63,197 bases of DNA, filler included, from Octopus bimaculoides (GCF_001194135.2; 7 parts of 7 records of this genome joined end to end with filler, not necessarily neighbours in it); one strand, 5' to 3'; counted from the whole stretch's first letter, positions 51,072 to 62,704 are shown. The notes: generated by a model not told the origin, from the letters alone. Program-made: numbers and translations.

Positions 51072-51086
51072 GACTTATCAATACAG
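51072..51086 (+). other. Candidate 15-nt microexon (GACTTATCAATACAG)
   Basis: TTTCTGTTTTCCCTTTCACTGCTTACCAG acceptor with a TGC motif; consensus donor CAG|GTAAGA; all frames open (DLSIQ / TYQY / LINT). Confidence 0.6.
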
Positions 51087-51249
51087 GTAAGACTTCACAT
51101 ACCTATATGTTATGTATACCTAATTGCATATTTGAATATGTACACTTGTGCTGAGGTATATGTGTGTACATATATGTGTGTGTATATGTGTATATATATA
51201 TGTGGGGGGGTATGTGTGTGAATGCATATATGTATAACAGATGTGTGCA

Positions 51250-51280
<31 letters not shown>

Positions 51281-52384
51281 CATTTATTTTACCCATGTTA
51301 TCATGAGTTCCAGTGGTTCACTTACATGGCATTGGTCAGCCTGAAGCTATAGTAGTAGACACTTCCCCAAAGGACCATGGAGTGGTGCTGAACCTGAAAT
51401 TTTATGGTTGAGAAGTGAACTCTACCTATATACATTTGTATATGCATATGTACATGTGTGTGTGTGTGTGTACATATACATGTCTGTAGATATGTGAGTG
51501 TCTATATAGTGTCTTGATGGATCTGACTAAAGAGATGTGGTCAGTGGGCTCAATAAAATACCATTTGGACTCAGGCATAGACTTGATCACCCTAGGTTGG
51601 GTGGCCTGAGTGAGAGTGTGTTGTATAAACCAAAACACCCACTGATGAAGGCAAATGAAGCTCCAGGAAAAGATATTATAACAATGGAAATGGTAAAAGG
51701 AGGAGGATAAGAGTTGTAAAAAATCCTCCTGTTCTTCAGTTACTCTGTGTGTGTGTGTATAGTGAAAAGTTTTGTTGGAAAGATTTTTACCTTACATAGT
51801 GGGATGTAGTGAAAAATATAAGAAGAAAAATGTTCAGAGAATATATATTTTTTATGAGATAAAATATTTACATAGTCAACTGGTTTCACTTTTGGTAATC
51901 CTGACTAAGAAATTAGTGAAAATATTACAATTTCATGGTATCATAAGAAGTTTTTTGTCCATGTTGGTAGCACAAAAGTTGTTGTGCTACATGTGCATAC
52001 ATGTTTGTATGAGCATATTGCAAAATCAGAATTCAATGCTTAATAGTGGCTGTCCAATGAAGAAAGATACTGATACACTTTCTATGAGTAACACTCAGCA
52101 AGTCATGGACTGGTTCATCAAAAGACTCCTTCCCTAGTTTTTCCACACATCATTAACATAGAAAGAATGTATTTGCATTCATATTATCCCAACAGTGAAA
52201 CTTTCTAATATTTAACTTAAATTCAGTACTTCTGGTTACAGTTGGTTGGGTATAAATTAGACATTGTGTGTGTGTGTATGTGTAAAAGCATACACATATA
52301 CATGTATATATAAATTTTGAAATGAATACTTATTATTATCTTTTAATATATATTTTTTTTATACACATTCTTTTATTTCATAGA

Positions 52385-52600
52385 AAAGCAATGATCTGGC
52401 AGAATTATTAGCATGCCAGGCAAAATTTTTAGTAGCATTTTATCTGTGTTTATGTTCTGAGTTCAAATTTCACCAAGGGCAGCTTTGCCTTTCATCCTTT
52501 CGGAGTCAGTAAAATAATTACCAGTTGAACTCTGGGATCGATATAATCGACTTATCCCTTCCTCCAAGCTTTCTGGCCTGGTGCTAAAATTTAAAACCAA
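52385..52600 (+). mobile_element. Family A SINE
   Basis: CTGGCAGAATTATTAGCATGCCAGG..GAGTTCAAATTTCACC..TTTGCCTTTCATCCTTTCGGAGTC..GGCCTGGTGCTAAAATTTAAAACC. Confidence 0.85.
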
Positions 52601-52914
52601 TGTATATTTTATATACAAATATATTTTTTACATTCAGGAAACATTGATTTAATATAGAGCAGAAAGGATATATATCTTTATTATATCAAATAACAGAATA
52701 CTCTGAGCTTCACCCTTGGCTTATCATAAGTGTAGTGATCAGTCGAGGATAAAACTCAGACTAGAGTATATCATGTCTTACTTTTATTTCATGCATCTTT
52801 TTAATGAGAAAAAGTATTTACTAGCATTTTGAGAAGGCAACATCAAAACGTGTTCTCAGCAACTACACTTTCAAAGGGTTCCATTCTGCTATTTTGAGAT
52901 CCCTAGATTTATAA

Positions 52915-53066
52915 CAGTGCTTCTCAACCATTTTTTACCTATGGACTCCTTTGATTCCTATTTCACTTGGATGGACCCTTCTAGCCATTTAATGTTTAAA
53001 AAACTTTAACAGCAAAATATTATATGGACCCCTTGGTGCCATATAGACTCCAGTTGAGTACAACTG
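52915..53066. mobile_element. Internally deleted hAT MITE with perfect 8-bp TSD
   Basis: CAGTGCTTCTCAACC ... GTTGAGTACAACTG flanked by ATTTATAA on both sides (52907-14, 53067-74); an 8-bp TSD is diagnostic of hAT. Confidence 0.88.
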
Positions 53067-53776
53067 ATTTATAAAATTTTGTGGGTAATCCTCTATTAAC
53101 TTAATCCCAGTCATTGTTTTTGTGCCTGTGTGTGTGTGTGTGTGATTGTTTGTTGTTTGCAAGCCTACAGACTTCAGAATGTCCTAGATTTTTTGTAAGA
53201 ACGTTGATATGTTTTGGGGATCAGTAGTCTTACACTGGAAATGTCAGCTGAAAAATAATTTTGATAGGAATGTGTGATGCGTTAAATAGAGAGAACAAAA
53301 GAAAAAAAAAACTTGCATAATGGAGCAACTACATACAGGATTTAATTGCAAGCTACTAAAAATTTCATGCTTCTGAGATAGAATAGTCAAACCAGCTTGT
53401 ATAACATACTGCATACTACTGGCAAGCATTCAGGCTCAAAATACAACAGCCTGAATGATTACCTGATACCACTTGACATGTGATAAAAGCTGGTCTGACC
53501 ATTGTACAAAACTAATAGTAGTTTGTATTTAGACATTGTATATANNNNNNNNNNNNNNNNNNNNNNNNNNNNNNNNNNNNNNNNNNNNTTAATTAATTAA
53601 NNNNNNNNNNNNNNNNNNNNNNNNNNNNNNNNNNNNNNNNNNNNAGTTTTTCTCTCCCTTACCTCTGCGTCTTTTATAAACATAAGGCTAGTGTCTAGAG
53701 TGTTAGTAAATGCTGACTATCTCTCTATCTGTCTATCTATCTATCTATTTATTTATCTATCAATCTTTCTAAGCAA

Positions 53777-53831
<55 letters not shown>

Positions 53832-54544
53832 TGTGTAAATATACTCAATGAGCTTCCATACAGTTTCCGTCTACCAAATTCACTCAGAGGGCATTGGTTG
53901 GCTCGGGGTGATAGCAGAGTGAATTTAATTCATGGCGCCTTTTTCAAACTCGAAACACTAGTTAGCTGTCTAGTATTAATGTAGTTTACAATGGTGGCCT
54001 CTACCTGCCTATCCTATGTTATCTATTAACTGCGGCAGACAGAATGGACGCCAGTTTATTGATAACTAATGAGATATTGAAACACCATAGGTCGAACTGA
54101 TTATTATATATCATGTATTATTGCGATCAATAGTGTGGTTGCTTATAGATTTCCAACAGGTCAATCACTGACGTATAGCATTTCTGGTGGCGAGAGTGAC
54201 AAGGAAGTGTCTGTATGATTCGGACGATGATAACTGCTCACCGATGGTTTTCTGGCCAATATGTTACTCCTTCGTCATCTTCACATAAAAGCATATGCGT
54301 GTGTGTGTGTGTCCGTGTGTGAGTGTGAGTATGCGTATCTGTGTGAGGATATGAGTGCGTGTGTGTGTGCGCGCGCACGCCTGCGTGCGTGCGTGCATTG
54401 TATTTCCGTTGCAGGTTCTTGGTACGATGTGGACTACTTTCATATTTTTAGTACTCAACACATGATATAAGTGTGGAAATTTGTACTTTTTTATATGCAA
54501 AACTGGCACTTGATAATGACCCGTGATCGAAACAATCGTTGTAC

Positions 54545-54559
<15 letters not shown>

Positions 54560-54594
<35 letters not shown>

Positions 54595-55260
54595 GAAACA
54601 GGTTTCAAAGAAAAAAGACTACACGTGGTATAAATAGGGGAAAAGTAAAAAGCAACAAAGAAAATGCATACCAGGTATAAAACTGATGGCTTTTTTAAAT
54701 ATAAAAACAAAGATATACATATAAATAAATGATTTGAGGTGGAATTAAGAAGTATAAAAATCATTATCATAAGTCAATATAGAAAGTCATACCGGTTTCG
54801 TCATCGCTGTTCACTGACTTTGGATCAACACCGATTTCCAAACGGTGTTGGGTCTAATAGTACCTGAGTGAAAAGATCGCATGCAATGGAGGTAAACAGT
54901 TCTGAAAGTGGTGCAATTAGATTAATATGATTAATAGAGTATGAATGGTATATGGGATGTATGAGGATTAGTGGGATTATTGGTATTAGTAAGGTTAGTA
55001 GTATCCTGTATTAAGCTGTGTGTTCATGTTTAAGCTGTGGTTGATATTTATTAATGAAAGTTGCCTCTTTATTTAGTCTTTGCTGCACTGAGGTGTTCTG
55101 GGAACGTTGATAAAAAGGGAAAATTAGGAAGTTTGGTTTAACGTACCTAGCACATCTATCTATGTGCCCACTGACCTGTATCTGTCTATATTGTGCGAAG
55201 CGGATTTGTTCTTTGTAAAGCGTTGTTCTTCTGAGAGACATTCATGTTTGACCTATATAG
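54560..55260 (-). mobile_element. Penelope-like element 3' end (GIY-YIG C-terminus + pLTR-like tail)
   Basis: ORF 55241-55011: RTTLYKEQIR..VSGHIDRCA..FLIFPFYQ..RLNKEATFINKYQPQLK resembles the PLE endonuclease C-terminus (R..KE..FI....P.LN); hammerhead remnant downstream at 54783-54821. Confidence 0.7.
54783..54821 (-). ncRNA. Degenerate minimal hammerhead ribozyme (core CUGANGA damaged)
   Basis: Minus strand AAAGTCA-GTGAACAGCGATGAC-GAAA-CCGG-TA-TGACTTT: 7-bp stem I, palindromic stem III ACCGGT and GAAA intact; CUGANGA lost. Confidence 0.5.
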
Positions 55261-55494
55261 TCGTTTCTGTAACCTAAGCAGTTAATAACAGATTATGTTT
55301 TTAGAGGCACAGATGAAATTTGACTTTATCTTAAATATTTCACCTTGTTTGAAGTGAAATTCTGTACCCTCCAAAAGTAAATCTACATATTAAATAATAG
55401 AACCACACCACCACTGTCACTACCCACGCTACACAAACAATGTTGGTGTATGTAGATCCGTGTGGGTAGGAAGGTATGTGTGGGTACGGGTAGG

Positions 55495-55820
55495 TATATT
55501 AACTGGCACTCCGTCGGTTACGACGACGAATTTTCCAGTTGATCCGATCAAAGGAACAGCCTGCTCGTGAAATTAACGTGCAAGTGGTTGAGTATTCCAC
55601 AAACACGCATACCCTTAACGTAGTTCTCAGGGAGATTCAGAGTTGACACAGAATGTGACAAGGCTGGCCCTTTGAGTTACAGGTTAAACTCATTTTTGCC
55701 AACTGAGCGGACTGGAGTAACGTGAAATAAAGTGTCTTGCTCAAGAACACCACGCGTCGCCGGGAATCGAACTCACGACAGTGAGCAGAATACTCTAAGC
55801 ACTAAGCCACGTGCCTTCAC
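55495..55820 (-). mobile_element. SINE with tRNA head H + family D tail
   Basis: Head GTGAAGGCACGTGGCTTAGTG..GAGTTCGATTCCCGG..CTTGAGCAAGACACTTTATTTCACG; tail shared with 3414 and 56600 copies. Confidence 0.85.
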
Positions 55821-56599
55821 AAGTAGGCATACACAGAGTAGTATTAGCAGGAGACGCAGAAATCCATAAAGATAACTACATGTGATTATAAACAAGTCTA
55901 ACGCACAACCATACACATCCCATCCACGCACGCGCATACACACACACGAAAACCCACACATACAACAACACACAACCACACGCACCTCTACGCCCGAAAC
56001 TATTAGTGTAAAAATTACAAGACACTCCACCCCACAAAATGTCGCGTAGTGGAATAGAACGCGGAGCCGCATGCTTACGAAACGAACATCTTAACGACGC
56101 CCATAACCCCCCGCCACCATGACTGCTCCCTTATGACGTAAGCCAGCAAAACAATAGAACTAGGTCAGATTCATTGTTATGTCATATAAGCCATGTAAGT
56201 GACATGATGACGTGTTAGCTACGTCCTGATTCATCCAGCAAAGAAAACGGAGAAGGAAGAGGAGGAGGGAATAAAGAAAACAACAAAACAATAAAGAAAA
56301 GCTGTCATTTTGAAATATAATGGAAATCACATGATGTCGGTAGTAGGATTGTTTACTAGTTTGTCACAGTTTTCACTACACTCCCTGCAGGAACATAATT
56401 TTATTTCGCTACAGATATTTAATTAGCCACTTACGAACCGAACAAGGGAAGACGTGCAAATGGTTGAAAGATTTGTTAGAAATAGCAACCGAGTATCTAT
56501 GTTTAAGAAGAAGGAGTTTTGGTCACTGCTGGATATCCTTTGAATGTATATCCGTTTGGTCGTGGCGAAACAATAACAATAACAGCTTCACGTGAGTCG

Positions 56600-56893
56600 G
56601 TGAGATATTTGTTTTGTTGGCACTCCGTCGGTTACGACGTCGAGGGTTCCAGTTGATCCGATCAACGAAACAGCCTGCTCGTGAAATTAACGTGCAAGTG
56701 GCTGAGCACTCCACAGACACGTGTACCCTTAACGTAGTTCTCGGGGATATTCAGCGTGACACAGTGTGACAAGGCTGACCCTTTGAATTACAGGCAACAA
56801 CAGAAGCAGGAAGTAAGAGTGAGAGAAAGTTGTGGTGGAAGAGTACAGCAGGGTTCGCCACCATCCCCTGCCGGAGCCTTGTGGAGCTTTAGG
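56600..56893 (-). mobile_element. Family D SINE running into a spacer gap
   Basis: TTGGCACTCCGTCGGTTACGACG..GGGTTCGCCACCATCCCCTGCCGGAGCCTTGTGGAGCTTTAGG; reverse complement of 3470-3752. Confidence 0.9.
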
Positions 56894-57066
56894 NNNNNNN
56901 NNNNNNNNNNNNNNNNNNNNNNNNNNNNNNNNNNNNNTTAATTAATTAANNNNNNNNNNNNNNNNNNNNNNNNNNNNNNNNNNNNNNNNNNNNGAAAGAT
57001 ATTTATATATTTATGATACAGATAAGTGTATGGATGTTTTCATTTTTGTCCTTGAGACCGTCCACG

Positions 57067-57073
57067 AATAATA

Positions 57074-57147
<74 letters not shown>

Positions 57148-57275
57148 CCCTTCTACTAAAGGTACAAGGCCCGAAATTTGTGAGGATGGGGTAAGTCGAT
57201 TACATCGACCCAGTGTCTCACTTCTACTTAATTTATCGATCCTGAAAGGCTGAAAGGCAAAGTTGACCTCGGCGG

Positions 57276-57342
<67 letters not shown>
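57067..57342 (-). mobile_element. 5'-truncated family A SINE (57148-57276) embedded in (TAA)n on both sides
   Basis: Long (TAA)n at 57067-57147 and 57278-57342 flank the SINE body. Confidence 0.85.
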
Positions 57343-57343
<1 letters not shown>

Positions 57344-57348
57344 GATAC

Positions 57349-57402
<54 letters not shown>

Positions 57403-57846
57403 GTCTGTCTGTCTGTCTGTTCATGTACATAGTGCGTGTTTTTTTGTGTGTATGCGTGTGTATGTGTTTGTGTGTGTATGAGTGTATGCGTGTGTGTATG
57501 CTTGCGTGCATGCATGTGTGCGTTGTGTGTGTGTGTGTGTGTGCGTGCGTGCGTGAGCGCGTGCATTCGCGCGCACGCGCGTATTCACGCGCGCGTAAGG
57601 ACAAATAAGATAAATGTGAATGGGAAAACGGCGGGGAGAAATAAGATGAATAGATAAAGAAATACTCACGTATGAAGAAAGTGTGAAAGAAAATAGGAAT
57701 GCATGTAGGGAGTGAAAGAAGGAAAGAAAGAAAGAGATGAAGAAGAAAAAGAACCTATGTATATATATATATATATATATNNNNNNNNNNNNNNNNNNNN
57801 NNNNNNNNNNNNNNNNNNNNNNNNNNNNNNNNNNNNNNNNNNATAT

Positions 57847-57905
<59 letters not shown>

Positions 57906-58705
57906 TAATTGAAGGCTCGTCAAAGTGTGGGAAGTGAAATAATCAAATCGAATTATGTAATACTTTGAAGTAAGCGGGGAAAGATTCCCTGCATGTGTTG
58001 GAACGTTGGATCATAGTTGTTCATCATCCACGAAAATTTTTTTGTTAGATCGTATCTCTGTCGATCTGTTTAGATCGCCCTCTGTCTTCTCCCCACCTTC
58101 TCTGTCTTTCTATCTATTGGTCTTTCTGTCTATTTGTCTGTCTTTCTATCTATCAAATCCATTAAAGTGCCGAACTAGCAGAGTCATTAGAGCAGCGAGT
58201 TGAAATTTCTTACAGTATTTCTTCTAATTGTTTGTCCTCTGAGGTCAAGTCTTGTCGAGGTGACTGTTGTCTTTTATCCTTTCTTTCGATAAAATGCCAG
58301 TCTGGTGTGGATTCCTCTTATCTTTCTTTGTCTATCTTCCTTAGGTCAGACTCTGTCATACTGAATCGATCTGAGAATTACATTAAGGGTACACGTCTCT
58401 GCGGAATACTCAGCCATTTGCACCTTAATTTCATGAGCAGGGGTCAATTGTTCGAAAAATCGGTTGCTTAACGTCAGAACGAACAAAAAAGAAAACTTCG
58501 GTCTACTCATTCATCTTGTAACCATATATCAGTCTGACTGTCTGTCTGTATGTCACTGTTAGTTCATCCATCCACCCATCCAGCCAACCATCCATCCAGC
58601 CAGTCAATCATCTGTCTGTTTGTTTACTCATCCATCCATCCATCCATCTATCCTCTAATTACACACGCTTACACATGTGCGTGAACACATACCACACATA
58701 CATAT

Positions 58706-58872
58706 TCTTTTCTACTCTAGGCACAAGGCCCGAAATATTTTGGGAGGGGGTCAGTCGATTAGATCGACCCCAGTACGCAGCTGGTTCTTAATTTATCGAC
58801 TCCGGAAGGATTAAAGGGAAAGTCAACCTCGGCGGAATTTGAACTCAGGACGTTTCTGCCAGCTCGCCGCCT
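58706..58872 (-). mobile_element. Family A SINE with internal deletion
   Basis: TTTTCTACTCTAGGCACAAGGCCCGAAAT..GATTAGATCGACCCCAGTACGCAGCTGG..CTCGGCGGAATTTGAACTCAGGACGTTTCTGCCAGCTCGCCGCC. Confidence 0.9.
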
Positions 58873-58929
58873 TACCACACATACACATTCAGAGCATAAC
58901 CTGGTACTTAAACGAAGGTATACAATTTT

Positions 58930-58977
<48 letters not shown>

Positions 58978-59973
58978 GCACGCACACACGTGTTTTATAC
59001 ATTTCAGCCCCAGAGGTTGTGGCCATGCTGGAGCACCGCCGGTGTCATCGCCTTTCCAGTGGCTATTCTTATGCCACTGGATTGATCCGAGAAAGCACAG
59101 AGCCAGAAATAATAAAGAAGGGATACAAAATGTATCAAAATCAATGTTACCATTTATAGCGAACTGGCAATGCGGTCATTTATATAGCAGTCAAATTCCT
59201 TTCAAATTACATTCTGCTGTCTTGTATTTAAGAAAAGGTTAGAGTGGACAATGTAGTTCTATAGATATAAAAAAAAAAGAAACAATAAATGAGATAACGT
59301 ACTACATTCACTACGAAGAGACTGCCAGAAGTGTAATGTTTCTCCTGGTTCAGATTATTCTGTTTATGGCGATGTATTGAATAAAATGTTATAGTATTTT
59401 TTTTTAAAGTTCGCAAGGATATAGAAAGGCTTTGTGAAGTGGCAAAAGTTGTGAAATAAAACATTTGTCCGAATGAAAATGAAATGAAAATATTTGTAAA
59501 AATAAAATAAAATAGAATAAAATGAGGACTCAAATTTCGGGTAAAACCTGGTTAACCGTATAAGACAGTTGGATTGTTGATAATTAAAATAAGGTGAATC
59601 CATATATGCAGAATGTTAGTGGGAACTCTAAAAAATCACATGATATTTCTGATTTACAACTTACAATGATCGTTAACTTACAACTTATATATAGAAAGTT
59701 AATAGGTTCGAATGCGACGCTAAGCCTGTGAATTAATAAGATGCCAAAGTGCCAAAGTATAAAGAACTTGAATCGGCTGGAAAATTCGCCCAATACAAAC
59801 GCATTTCTCGAAACGATCGTATGGTTTTGTATTACTGCTTTTCTTTGGATCGTAATATTGGAGCGCTTGAAACCTAACATCTCGATGAATTTCTTATGTA
59901 TTTTGTATTCCAATGATAAAGGAACTTGACCTACAAGAATCTGTCTTCCACCTTGAGTTTTGTTATATATATA

Positions 59974-60318
59974 TCAGGTCATCCCATAAGTTCTGTACGA
60001 TTTTACCTTTTTTTAAATTGAATGAAATTTAATAGTATTTTAGAATGTCTAATGGAATTGAAAATTATTTTTATGCATGTGTGTACATTTAAACTAATTA
60101 AATATTATTTTACAGAATAATAGAATTAAAAATTTCTTTGATTAAAACCCTTTCTAACATGGAAGTATCCAAAGAGCATTTGAGGCACATAATGCTTTAT
60201 GAGTACAAAAAAGGAAACTCTGCAGTCGAAGCGACTCGAAATATACATTCAGTTTATGGGAAAGAATGCTTGAATGAAAGAACTTGCAGAAGATGGTTTG
60301 CAAAATTCAGAAGTGGAG
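59974..60318 (+). mobile_element. Mariner 5' end: left TIR + transposase N-terminal HTH
   Basis: TA|TCAGGTCATCCCATAAG; ATG at 60159 gives MEVSKEHLRHIMLYEYKKGNSAVEATRNIHSVYGKECLNERTCRRWFAKFRSG, a typical mariner HTH ending W F.KFRSG; cut by a gap. Confidence 0.92.
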
Positions 60319-61329
60319 NNNNNNNNNNNNNNNNNNNNNNNNNNNNNNNNNNNNNNNNNNNNTTAATTAATTAANNNNNNNNNNNNNNNNNNNNNNNNNN
60401 NNNNNNNNNNNNNNNNNNATATATATATAATTATATTGACACACATAAAAACGTAAATATATATATATACATATATACATATATACTCATATATATAGAC
60501 ATAATACACACTTATATGTTTAGCTGTATATGTATGTATGTATGTATGTATGCATATCTATATTTATATGTTTGTTTCGGTTTCTATTTCCCCTTTTTCT
60601 CCACAATGCGTGTTCCCCTTCCGCCTGGTCTGCCATTGTTCGTGTTTAGCGTTTTCCTCTCGATTTCAATAGCTTACGTTGCTGACGCCACTAAATTGAA
60701 TAATATTGTCGGAAGGTGTCAAAATGCAATATTATTTGTTCGGTAATTGACAACACCACAGCGTGCTTGTGTTGGTGATAATTTCGTTTTACCGAAAGTG
60801 TCTTTTTTGTTCGAGCGCTGCCTTTGTATGCATACACAAACGCGCGCGTGCGTGCACACACATACACACATATGCATACAAGCCTATATACAAGCATCCA
60901 TACATATAGACACACGTGTATGTATCTATGTATGTATATATGTACATACATATGTATGTTCTCTCCCTCTTTTTAATTTAGAGTAAACTTTGACCGGCCA
61001 CCTGCTTGGTAGCAAGGTTGTGCAGGAAAGCGTCTTGTTTTGCTGATTATCCTTCAAATCTGAGGTAGCTCTGGCAGATTTTTATTGTTGAAAGTGTATC
61101 TTGGGTAATGAATTTGCAAACACCTTATCAATAGTCCATAGATATTCCCTTTCTCTCGTATTTCAAAAACTATTGGTGTCCAGACGGCAGCTGATTTTCA
61201 CAATAGAAGCTATATTATCGTTGTGGTCCCACGCAACGATATCTAGCCATTTGTGTTTTAGCTTGTTGCCTATTTTAATTACCTCCTAATGTAGATAATT
61301 AGGTGGTATCCAACCGGTGCTAATAGTAT

Positions 61330-61665
61330 AGGTAAGGACACCCTTAGGTCACAAATGGCCATGGGATTGCACCTAGAAAGTTTCCCTCCGAGGCACAAGT
61401 CTGGGCAAGATTGTTTATGAAAGACCAGCAGTCGCCCATGCATACCAACCTCCCCACTCCACCACTGTTATCCAAGGGAAAGGCAAAATCCGGTACAGCT
61501 CGGCACCAGTGACGTTTCGACTTATTTCTACAGTTGAGTGAAGTGGAGCAACGCAAAATAAAGTGTCTTGTACAAGAAAACAATATACAGCGTAGTCCGG
61601 GAATCGAACTCACTATCCCATGTTTATAAACCCAGCGTTGAAACCAGTGAGCCATGCGCCTTCAC
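61330..61665 (-). mobile_element. SINE with tRNA head H and a different 3' module
   Basis: Head GTGAAGGCGCATGGCTCA..GTGAGTTCGATTCCCGG..CTTGTACAAGACACTTTATTTTGCG as in the 55495-55820 copy; tail ..GGGAAACTTTCTAGGTGCAATCCCATGGCC. Confidence 0.8.
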
Positions 61666-62204
61666 ACTAGAATATAAATCTGTATGAATCTATAATTATA
61701 AGAAATTGTTTCCAGTTTATTTACAAATGTTGCTAATTTAAAGTATCTTATTCAAAATGTTATTCACTAAGCGCAATTTCTACAACCCTATCAAGCTTAA
61801 TACATTATAATAATAATGTAATATAATAATGATCAATTTGACGACGTGAGCAAATTGCGTTGATAGGGTGGAAAAGGAACGAACTTGAGACAAACGTTCG
61901 TCTACGACCGGCCTTTTCTTCAGGAAATAACCTTTTCCCTTTACTTAGTGGCATGTCAAATCAGGTGAAAGTCTTAATTCTTAAGATCGTCTAATTTCTC
62001 ATACAGAGCAGAACTTAATTGCCATTTGATATTTGTGGTACATCATCTAGAGGCGGAGATAATTTTAATAAATCAAGAATTTATGTTCTATTGTAATTGC
62101 TATGTCTGTATTTGTCAATGTTGTTCAAATATACGTCGTTGCTACTCTGTGTTATTTCTCTTAGCTCACTTTTGTCTAATTTGTGAAGTGTTGTATCAGA
62201 AGGG

Positions 62205-62588
62205 TAATATCTCCATCGAGTAAAACCACCATTAGAAGAGAATATGACCAAAGACTGCGTATACTCAATCCCATGCAGCTGTGGCAGGTTGTATAAAGGG
62301 GAAACATGCCAGCCCCTCAAAATAAGGGTAGAGGTACATCGCAAAGCTGTAACACGTGGAGATATTGATAAACCGGGTATAGCTGATCATGTATGGAAAA
62401 ACGGAGACCATCTCCCCCTGTGGGATGAAGTTAAAATAATAGATACAAAATACCAGAGGAAAATAGGAATGCTAAAAGAAGCAGCACATATGCTAGGTCA
62501 TAATAACCTCCTAGACAGACCGAGTGCAGATATGAACAGCATATGGGAAACGGAATTAAGGAAGGATAGGAGAATATTAGATTTATAA
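62205..62588 (+). pseudogene. Penelope-like GIY-YIG endonuclease domain (5'-truncated element)
   Basis: CVYSIPCSCGRLYKGET...LKIRVEVHRK...IADHVWKNGDH...WDEVKII...KEAAHM: GVY.IPC.CG..YIGET..R..EH / E pattern of PLE endonucleases; ORF 62244-62588 is uninterrupted. Confidence 0.9.
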
Positions 62589-62617
62589 GCCCTAAAATTC
62601 ACTCCATTATTACTCAC

Positions 62618-62704
62618 GGGCATATGGCGTAGTGGTTAAGAGCGCGGGTTACTAACCCCAAGACTCCGAGATCGGTTCCAGGTAGTGACCTTAATAATAA
62701 TAAC
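62618..62704 (+). mobile_element. Short tRNA-derived SINE with (TAA) tail
   Basis: GGCGTAGTGGTTAAG A-box, GAGATCGGTTCC degenerate B-box, then TAATAATAATAA. Confidence 0.7.

Noticed and set aside
4199-60986. Poly-K, CV/YI/HT/RE/LS-repeat and poly-I/H ORFs
   Set aside because: Translations of (TTC)n, (CA)n, (TA)n, (GA)n and (ATT)n microsatellites; no coding evidence.
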